NCBI GenBank assembly: GCA_051294375.1
Contig: CM119264.1
Span: 11,259,832-11,323,831, forward strand
Length of the DNA: 64,000 nt
Origin: Paraspadella gotoi
Taxonomy: Eukaryota; Animalia; Chaetognatha
Reading direction: 5' to 3'
Shown here one piece after another: positions 36,201 to 46,739 of the stretch (positions within the stretch are counted from its first letter, which is position 1; every line of letters begins with the position of its first letter). Under the pieces are notes generated by a model. That model made no database searches and was not told the DNA's origin. It saw nothing but the letters and a program-made list of their open reading frames with translations. Made by a program: the position numbers and the translations under genes.

Positions 36201-39200
36201 TACTCTTTTTTTCCAACTTCCTTTTATTTAAGCTTTTCATTTAACTCGATTTAAATATTATTTTATACATTTTAAAGTACGAATTAATCGCAATAAGAAA
36301 GTTTACTCTTAAGATAATTGAGATTTCGGGTTACAAGGAATTTAATTCATTTAGAATTAGATGTGAAGCCAAAAAATTAAGTTGGTTATCTAACTCACTG
36401 TATTATCTACTTAGACTTTGAAAACCATAAAAAGAGTTTTTTATAATTGATAATAACATATAGTCACCAAAAACTAGTGTTTCATTCTAGGCTAAAATCT
36501 GTCACCGAAAATAAATTTTCATAATAACAATAGATATCCAAAATCCCCATTAATCTTCGATATTTTTGAACAGTTACTCTTTCCCAAATTTCAAAGTACA
36601 ACCCCCGCGTCTTTGGCCAAACCGTAAAACACGGATGTTTCGTCTTCGATCAGAATGCTGGGATCTTCGAATTCGATCACTTCTCCCTGATGCATCACGA
36701 TCACTTTATCATAATCGAGGATGGTGTTTATGCGGTGGGCAATTGTCAACACCGTCGCGCCGCCAAACTCTTTCGCGATCGTCTTCTGGATTAATTCGTC
36801 CGTCCTCACATCGACGGCGGCTGTGGCTTCGTCAAGAACGAGGATCTCAGAATCCCTCAGGAGCGCCCGCGCGAGACAGACGAGTTGACGCTGCCCAACG
36901 GAGAGGTTCTCGCCCGACTCTGCGCATTGGTGACTGAGACCTTCGGGCAGGCTGGAGATAAAGTCTTTCAGATGCGATAGGGTCAATACTCTCCAAAGTT
37001 CTTCGTCTGCATGGAGATTAAAGGGGTCGAGGTTCATCCTTAACGACCCGGAAAATATTATTGGATCCTGGGGAATGATGGAGATTTTCGAACGGAGATC
37101 GTGCAGGCCTAAATTTTGGGTGTCCTCTCCATCGATCACAATGCTGCCCGATGCCGCTTCAAGGATACGAAATAAAGCCAGAGTGAGGCTAGACTTTCCA
37201 GCACCAGTTCTTCCCACGACACCGATGCGTTGTCCACCAGTGATGCGAAGGTTGATGTTTTTCAATACCAATTCCAAATTTTCTCTATATTTAACATTGT
37301 AGTTTTTGAAGAGTATGTCGCCTTGATCTGGCCAGATGTTTTTCAGGGAATCAGAGCGATCATTTCTCCAGGGAGCTTCGACGGGTAGGGTCGAGTATTC
37401 TCGCACCCTTTCAACGGCAACAAATTCGTTTTCCATTTCCGAAGACTTACGAACAACGTGTGTCATAATGTGCACGAAAGTTACGGCGTAGGCTATTGTA
37501 AGCCCGGCATCACTGACCGTTGTTGACGTGTCTAAAATTGTAGAGAGTGTGCTAAAGAGAATTATGGGCGAAGCGAGTTGTTCAATTACAAACGTCATCC
37601 ACTCATCCACTGTCCACATGAGGAAAGCCGATTTGAGATTTTCTTTCACGCGTCGACGAATCTCTTCTTTGAAATGGTTCTGCTTGCCAAAGGCTCTGAT
37701 AACCACGAGTCCTTGCAACGTTTCAGCAAACAGCGAAAAAATCGGAGACCTCGTGATTGACTCAATTCGACGAAGTTGACGAGTTGAAGAAATGGAGAAT
37801 CGCTGGACAATGAAGAATAACCCAAGGAAGAAGGGAGCTGGGACCAGGAACCAGGGCTTCACTATGGCAATGACGATCGGAGTTCCGATCAAGAAAATGA
37901 CAGTGTTGTAAAAGAGGAAGAGAATTTCGGGAATTTTAACATCGATACCATCCATGTCGACTGAGAATCGATTCATGATTCTACCCAAAGGGGTAATGTC
38001 AAAAAAAGTCAAGGGGCAAGACAGCACACGCTTCACCAAATATTCGTGAAGGCGACGAGAAGCCCCGATGGAACTGTATATGTGAAATCTTATAGCGATG
38101 AATATTAAAACTGATGCTCCGAGTCCCACGCCGACGTAGATGCTTAGATTATGAGAATTCACTACAGTTAAAACAGTTGAATTTTTTCGATTTTGAATCT
38201 CATCAGTCCACTTGGAGAGCTGAAAGTTTGAGGTCATCTCCAGGACTCGTGCCACGATGAAAGAGAGAAACATCATTATGGTAACAAACTTTCCCGAGGA
38301 TGCCAAATAGGCAATGAACATTTGAAAACTCACGAAGCCGTGCTGCCTTTCCTCATCTTGAATTAGTTTCCCATCCCCCTCAGTAGTTTTTTCTTCGAGG
38401 CTTGGCTGATTTGACTGATTAATATCCAATTGATCTTTTGCTGTATATTTTTTTTCATTTAGTTGATTTCGAAAATTTTTTACATATTGAGAAAAATATC
38501 CGTTACCACCGATTAGATCTGCATACTTTCCTTTTTCTAATATTCGTCCATCTTCAAGGAATAAGATATTATCCATTGCAGGGAGGTAGTTTAGCACATT
38601 AGTGACAATGATTCTGCTCTTTGTTCCCAGTAGTCCTTCAAAAGATAGAACTTTGTCATAAATGTGTTTTCCAACATGCGCATCTACGGCGGAAAGTGGG
38701 TCGTCCAAGAGATAAAGATCTGCATCAGCATATATAGCTCTCGCAAGGGAAACCCTAAGTTTTTGTCCTCCAGAGAGATTGATGCCCCTGTCGCCAATCT
38801 CTGTGTCATCACTAGCAGGTAAAGTTTTCAGATCAAGTTGCAGGGCGCAAGCCGTGATGACCGAATGATACTTTTTAGCGTCCAATGGCTTTCCAAACAA
38901 TATGTTATCTTTGATTGTTCCATTTTGTATCCAAGGTTGTTGAGAAACGTATGACACCTTTTTTAAGATTCTTACAATACCCTGTACTCTGTGGATTTCC
39001 CCCAAAATGGCTTTGAGTAAAGCAGATTTTCCTGATCCAACTCTTCCGACTATAGCAATCATTTGACCGTTTTTTACTTTAAAATTTAAGCTTTTAAGGA
39101 ATGGCTCATCATTTTTATTCCATGCAAAAGATGCATCTGTGACGTTTACGGCGATGTCTTTGGCATGTTGATGGATTGCTGAATCAAACTGAAATTCCTC

Positions 39201-42200
39201 ACTCACTAAAAATGCGTCAATGCGTTTTCCTGACACAAACATATGAATACTGCTTATGAGACTCATTGGTAATACCCACAATGGTACTCTTATGTTGTGA
39301 AGGACAGAAAGGGTTACAAATGCTCTTTTCGCTGTCAGAATACGGTCATCCAACAGAACAAACACTGAAAACAAGACTATGATTAAAAAAATTGGAGTAG
39401 CTACAATAAAAAATTTTATAAAACCATGCCACAAAAGTTGCACCCGATACATTTTGACTTCACTATCCCGAATTTGATTGATTTGATCAATGAAAGAACC
39501 TTCCCAAGCGTAAAACTTGAGAATTTTGATGCTGTTAAGGACTTCACTAATTTTTTTTACTCTTTCATCCTTGAATTCCATGTGCTTCTCCTGCAATGTT
39601 TTGGTTTTGTTGCCAATGAGAATGCAGATGGGAAGAAAAACCACAAAGACAGCAAGACCAGCAAAAACCGAAACCCCAACCTGAGAATAAATGATCCAAG
39701 TGCCGAGTAAAATGTGAAGGGGAGTGAAAATCCCAATTATAAAGAGTTCTAGACCATCAAAAAACTTTCTTGCGTCAACGCTCATGAGATTAACGATTTC
39801 TCCAACTGGCTTTGCCTGAGATGCGGCCGAGGTTAAGCGAAGGCTTTTGTCAAATATGGCTATGGTGAGAATGCTTTGAACCTTTAGACTTAAAATGCGA
39901 TTCAATAACCAAAATTGATTAATGCAGTAGGGCAGGGTGAAAGCGAGAACAAAGATGAGAGCGACGTAGAAAGCACCTTTCCAGTACCATTCACTTTCCC
40001 TCTCTTTGCTGTCAAAACCCTCTGTAGGTCTGATTGACAAGTGGTTCAACAACCAGCCAAGGATGAGTGGTTTTCCAAGTTCGTTAAGTATAAAAATGAT
40101 TCTTAAAAAGCTAAGAAAAAAAAGAGTTTGAATATGGCGCCAGAGCAAAATTCTATTCACTGAGGAAATATTTTTACAATTATCAAATTTAACCTCTGAA
40201 TCATTTTTTTTATTATCTCCTGCTGCAGAGGGATCTTTATGAGAGTTTTTGAAATATTCTTCATAGAATTTAGTCATAATCTGCTCTATCTGCAACTCCT
40301 TTGGCAATTCCTCTAAATCTTGATTATCCAGAGGCTTCTTGAAGCCTCTCCACAAAAGCGGTGTCAGCCAAAAGAAGGTTAGCCTGGACAACGCGCTGGC
40401 CGAATCAAAAGACGATCCGGTAAGATTCCAGCTTTGGCACAAATTTACAGACAAAGAAACGAAGGACATTATTGTCATCAAGGAGACCGTCACGAGGATT
40501 TTCTTCTCCAGAACCTCTTCGAGAAAAGGAACGCTTCCAAGATTGGCCCGCGCGTAGTGCTGCAGCCGGAGAAGTTGACCGAGAAAGTGTAGAAGCCAGA
40601 AAGAGAGGACAACTGCGGATGCGGAGCTGGAGTATCTGGAGAGTCTCGTCAAGACGGCGACTATGATCAGAGAGACGACGAGCATAGAGCGATTAACGAG
40701 TGGCGCCGCAGATGCGTAGAAGATGGATGAAGCTGTTGATGACGCCGATGATGAAGCTCCTTCGACGACGAGCGCCAACTCGGCCAACGTTATCGCCGTC
40801 GCTAGGCCGATAACCATCTGCTTGAGCCAGTAATGACATCGCGAGTTGCCGTCTTGCTTCATTGAATATTTCGAGATTTTCGCAATGAGTTTTTTAAGAA
40901 ATAAGGGGAGGGCGAAAAGGAGAAATATGGAGGGAACCCAGGTGGGGATCGTGTCCAAGAAGCAGAGGGTCAAGTCAGGGCTGGAAGTGTACCACGAAAC
41001 ACGCTGATCCCAGAAGGGAGAGGCTCCGCAAAAATCCCCAAAGTAGATCGTCGCGTTTTCCAGGGAGGCCATCGTTTTAATTATTTTTTAAAAAGATGTT
41101 TAGTTTACTATATTTACAGGTTTAGTTTCGCATAAGTAACTTATTGATTGTGTTATTTTAATATTTTAAAATATCGTTAAAAACTTTTTCGTATCTTCCG
41201 AGGGTAAAATCGTTTTATGTGTGAAAGTAATTTTAAAAGATCCTGTTTGTTACCCAATCATTTTTAAACGCGAATTCAGAATGAAAAAAGTGGTCAGGTA
41301 AGTTTTTCTCATATTGATTCTGCAACCCTATTTAAAATTACACTGAAAAAGTTGGACTTTCGAAGCTGTAACAACAACAGATAGAAAAGAATTTCAGAAA
41401 GCACGCGATATAAAACCCTCCGAAAAGGGTTTCTGCTATGAGCAATTGAGCAATTGAGCATAACAGGACTTAATCAGAAACAATGACATCTGAATCTTAT
41501 TTTCGATTGAAAGCCAGTATGCGAGCGAAAGTGTATGTCAGCTTGCGTGTCTGTGTGTCTGAGAGACAATAAAACAGGGAAAGAATCAGACCGAGATTGT
41601 CATTGTTTCTGATTAAGTCCTGTTATGCTCAATTGCTCAATTGTAATTTTTACATTCGTTATGCTTACAAATGTCTGTAATTTCTCGGCGAGAAATTACA
41701 GACATTTGTAAACATAACGAAAGTAAAAATTACAAATGGTGTGGTCTTTTTGTACAATTTAAACATTCTTTGAAATATTTTCCACTTCATTGATAGGGAA
41801 GCCAGGTACTCTGGGAGTGAATAAACGAGACTGTGACTGTGTGAGAGAGTCTTGATTGAAAGCTTGCAGGGACCTGCTATGTCATTAACTTGTAAGAGTT
41901 AAACCACCCAAGCATGTCCAAAGTCATAGGTAAGATAGCTTATTTATTAAAAGAATGGATAATTTTTATATTGGTTGTACCAATTTCATATTATAGTATT
42001 TGCCATCGTCTTCATCAAATTCATTATATAGAATAGTAATCATGTAACAAGGCCAGAGTTAAGGTCCTGTCCGTCTGAAGTGGGAAGCCCTCTCTATTGA
42101 GGAAGGTTCTGGGTCGAAGTTTTTGGCGTCGTCTTCGTCGTCGTCGTCGTCGTCGTTCTCGTCGTTGTCGTCGATGAAAAAGAAATTCGAAGTCGAGAAA

Positions 42201-42295
42201 AAGTCGGCGGCTGAAATCCTTTAAGAGAAAACAAGACTCTCAAACCATTTGCCCGATGGCTCTCCAAGAACGTTAAGTAGATAGGAAGGGAAGAG

Positions 42296-42341
<46 letters not shown>

Positions 42342-44090
42342 TAAAGGAGAGATTCGACCAAGAGAGAGAGAGAGAGATATATAAGGAATTAGGATCGCGT
42401 TAAAAATAATTTTGGAAGGGAAACTCTGAATCTCGAGAGGAGAGATGATTGAGAGGAGGTAAAATATCGATAGAAGCTAAGAGTGACCCAAGAAAATTGG
42501 AAAAAAAAAAGTTCGTGACGCCACGAAGGAAATCAGTGGCAAACGTCCGAATGTCGAAATGATGGCATCACGAGGCCGTTTCCAAAGTGAGAATGGCGAA
42601 AAAGAAAATAGTGGCAGATATATAGAAACGCGGAATCGCTCGTCCGAAGAGTTTAAAAAAATTGTCGGCGTAAAAGATGAGTTTTCACGCATAAGTGAGT
42701 AAACAAGAAGGCTGTGAAAGTGAGTTAGGGACGACCGAGATTTCAAGTCTGCAAATAGTCGCTTACTCGTTGCCCAAAAACTTTTCGGTTCGCCAGAGAT
42801 TTCTCTCCTTCTTCACTGCGCGAGACGGTTGCGTTTGTAAAGAGGTTTATCTTTTCCCAAAATACGCGTCACACTCGATGTGACTTTTACGACAAGCTTA
42901 AGCCCGGTTTATTTTTATTTATATATTTATTATTTTTTATCTAAGCGATTTTTTTTTCGGTAGCGTTGTTGATGAGTAACGAGTTTTTTTTTTTTTTTAA
43001 ATACGCGAAGGAAGATGTTTACGAAACGTAATTCATATCAATCGTAAAAAGAAAAAAAAAATGTTTTCAGTTTCTCGTCCGTAAACCATTTTTTAAGCCA
43101 AAACTCGTGATTCCCGGGCGAAAACACGTTCGCCGCCCAAAACATGCGCCCCCCTTCTCCTATCGCGCATCACAGAGATCTCTACGAGTCGGCATCTCAA
43201 TACTCGATCCCTCTCCCCAGTCCCCACTTTCCCCTTTTCGATTCCTCTCACCTCTTGTCCCTGCGAAGACTAGAAAATGTCCACAGCGCCATCTCTCCGA
43301 GAAACACCAAGGCTAGCGGCGACGCTAGGCTCAGTATGTACAGCAGCTCGTAGGGGAGATCTGGAATGGAAAAGCGAGCGGTTCACTAAAAAAGACAAAA
43401 AATGACAATAATAGATCCAACAATTTATAAATAGGTTGTAAAACTACTGAATTTTATGATTTCAGATGACTCTGATCATTTGAAATTGTATTACGTAAAA
43501 AAACTATCGCCATATAGTTTAAGTATCGTGTCTGCCTACTTATACGGTATCTAATACGACAGTTCTTTCACCGAAGCGCATTAAAGCCGGTTCAGAAAAA
43601 AAATATCTGTTTTTTTGGATGGGTTCGTCTAAACTGTGCCCCGGGAGGCGATTAAGTGCATCTGAGCTGCGACGCAAAATTTTGCGGAAAAAAATAGAAA
43701 TTTGCTCGAACTGCAACATCAGATAGAAAAATATAAATTTGCTCAAACTGCAACATCAGATAGAAAAATAGAAATTTGCTCGAACAGCAACATCAGATCG
43801 GCCCCGAAATTAAAACACGGTCTAATGACGGATACTGTGTTATTCAATTACCGAGACTTATAACGTCACAAATTAAACTATTTTAATGATTTCAAGAATA
43901 ACGCCACCTAATTTTTTTCCCGTTAATTAAAGAAATTAAAATAAATTGTATACATGTATAAGCAGGAATAAGAGGTCAAGATTGTGAAACAAACGTAAAA
44001 TATGCGTCACCTGGAACGAGGACGTCTGAACGGGGAGAATAGGGGTAACTGAGATCCGGGTCTTTGCAGTTGAAGTGGAATTCTCTGCAT

Positions 44091-44124
<34 letters not shown>

Positions 44125-44126
44125 AG

Positions 44127-44165
<39 letters not shown>

Positions 44166-46680
44166 CAAGAAAATAATTATTTCTAATGCAATGAAGGTCT
44201 CGTCTCGCCGCAACGACTCTCTGTGCGTGCCAGGTCAATTTTTCTCCATAAAATGTTTTTTCTTTCATCTCGTCATAAAAAAAAAAAAAAATTCATGGCG
44301 AATATGATCCGGTTGTACGTGTACCATGATCTACGTACATATTTAGTTCAAGACTTGATATGACATTTCTCCGACAAAACCAAAGTCCGAATTAACTTCT
44401 TCTTTCTGAAATTTCTTTCCTTCTTACTTAAATCGATGAAGGGGAAAGAAAACCTCCCAGTGGAAAAACAAACTCATAACGCGGAAGACGAAAGATTGGG
44501 GGAAGGCAGAAAGCAAAACAAAAAACAAAAAATCCAATTACGAGTCAACGAAAAAAAAAATAGTGCGATTAGATTTAAGAAGGAAAATAGTTTATTTTCT
44601 TCGCCTCATTTCTTATTCATGGGGATTTTTTTCTCTTTGAGTTTCTCCTCCTTTTTTCTTTCGTCTTTTGTTGGTTTTTGTTTGTGACTTCTGTTTGTGG
44701 CCAAAATACTTGGAAAGACCGACTCCCGACTACCAAATCTTTGCACCGACACCCGAAAGCAGACGCCCGACGCTCGACAACAGACGCCCGTTGCCCGACG
44801 AGTTCTTTTTCTCGTTCCATCATCGTCGCCATCTTCGTTGTCAACGTCAAGGTCGGAGAATGCGCGTCGACGTCGTCGCAATCATCATCGAGGGGAGAAA
44901 GTATTTGTCTAGCTCTATCGTCGTCGTCATCGTCGTCTCTACCGTCTCTATCGTCGTCTTCATCGTCGTCTTCATCGTCGTCTCTATCGTCGTCTCCATC
45001 GTCTCTAACGTCGTCTCTATCGTCTTCATCATCGTCTCTATTGTCTTCAAAGTCGTCTCTTTCGACGTCTTTATTGTCATCTCTATCGTCTCTATCATGG
45101 TCTCTATCGTCGTCTCTATCGTCTTCATCATTGTCTCTATTGTCTTCATCGTTGTCTCTATCTTTGTCTCTACCGTCTCTATCGTCATCTTCATCGTCGT
45201 CTCTATCGTCTTCATCATTGTCTCTATTGTCTTCTGCATCGTCTCTAACGTCGTCTCTATCGTCTTCATCATCGTCTCTATTGTCTTCAACGTCGTCTCT
45301 ATCGTCGTCTTTATTGTCGTCTCTATCGTCTCTATCATCGTCTCTATCGTCATATCTATCGTCTGTATCGTATTCATCATTGTCTCTATCGTCTTCATCG
45401 TCGTCTCTATCGTCCATATCGTTGTCATCTTTTCCTCGTCAATCACTAAACGGAATCTTCCTTTAAAGTAACTTATAAACGTGATACTGTGGCAGCAAGA
45501 CTTAAAGCTGCCTCACTGCTGTCCGTCCTCAGCCTCGTCTCAATGGCTGAGCAGGCTAAATCATCTCATTCCATCCGTGCGTCCCGGGTTCAATCCCTGG
45601 GTATCCCGGTTCTGGCTTAAATGTGACGGTGCCGGTATAAACATGCCAGTGACAGGAGGCGGTCACTGAGGGTCCGCAGCCCCTACGCCAGTTGGTGAGA
45701 TACCCCGCGCCCCGGGTATCACAGGCTATCCTCCCGTTGCCATAATACCAGGCAGGAGGATGTTATATCATCTCCGTATTGATCCATTAGTTAGACCGTC
45801 GTTCACAATCGTCGTCGACTTCGTCGTCGTCGTCGTTCGCTCTGGGGATGTTCGTCGTCATTTTTCAACCTGGTTTCTCGGTGTTTCGACTGACCAAACG
45901 TCCGATTCGTCGTCGTCGTCATCGTTGTGATTGTTGTCTCCGTCGTCGTTTTCGTCGTCGTCAATCGTCGTCTTCGTCGGTTGCTTGATTCTCACATATA
46001 CAGAATACAGATACTGATCCCATGACCCGAAGTCATTCCGCAAATTTGAACAGACGAAACAAGAGAATCCTAATTGTGACGAACTCGACGAATGCGGATC
46101 AAATCGATGCCAAAAGCAAGAAAACACTTGCGGTGTCCTTAAGCCCGAAACAAAGAAACAAAGAAACTTAAATTTTAACAAAACGGCGTAAAAACAATGC
46201 ATAAGTTCCGGGTGGTGCCATCAGCGAGCGACTACGGAGAACAATAACGCCCGAGTCCTCACCTGATCGGAAAGAGGGCGGCGTTCTCCTTGAGCCAGAA
46301 GCGAAGGAAAAGCGCGAACGTCACCAGCGCCGTCAAGATGAGACCGGAATTCGTCACCAAAATTCCCTGCGGGGGACGAGACGAAAAAAAAAAAAGATTA
46401 GCGGGCCGGAGTAGATCCTGTCGGTTGGGGGCTCAAACTCGATGTCGCGGAAACAAAAGCCACCTGCGCTGATTTTTTTTTTTTGGTTTTACCTTCGTTA
46501 GCCTTCTTCACCTTTTTCTCTCTTTTTCTTTTTTTTTTTTGGTTTCTTTGCGAAAAAACAGGTGGCAGTTTTTTTTTAATGTGTTAAGATTGACTACTGC
46601 CTACTGGCTAGACGAAGATGCTCTTGCGGTGAGAAGTTGTATTTTATTTCTTTTTTAGTTTTTTTAGATTAATATAACAG

Positions 46681-46739
<59 letters not shown>

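Noticed and set aside
36591-41072. Bacterial contamination or prokaryotic HGT explaining the intronless ABC gene
   Set aside because: The TMD0-L0-TMD1-NBD1-TMD2-NBD2 architecture and motifs are those of eukaryotic long MRPs.
43690-43798. CRISPR-like 37-bp repeats
   Set aside because: Head-to-tail with no spacers, in a eukaryotic intron, with no cas genes.
45537-45605. Functional tRNA gene
   Set aside because: A/B boxes are present but no convincing anticodon or acceptor stem; it is part of a repeated element.
45488-45744. Ordinary tRNA-SINE, or hammerhead/HDV ribozyme
   Set aside because: Conserved sequence precedes the tRNA part, there is no tail and the TSD is 4 bp; no CUGANGA/GAAA core or HDV nested pseudoknot was found, whereas twister fits.
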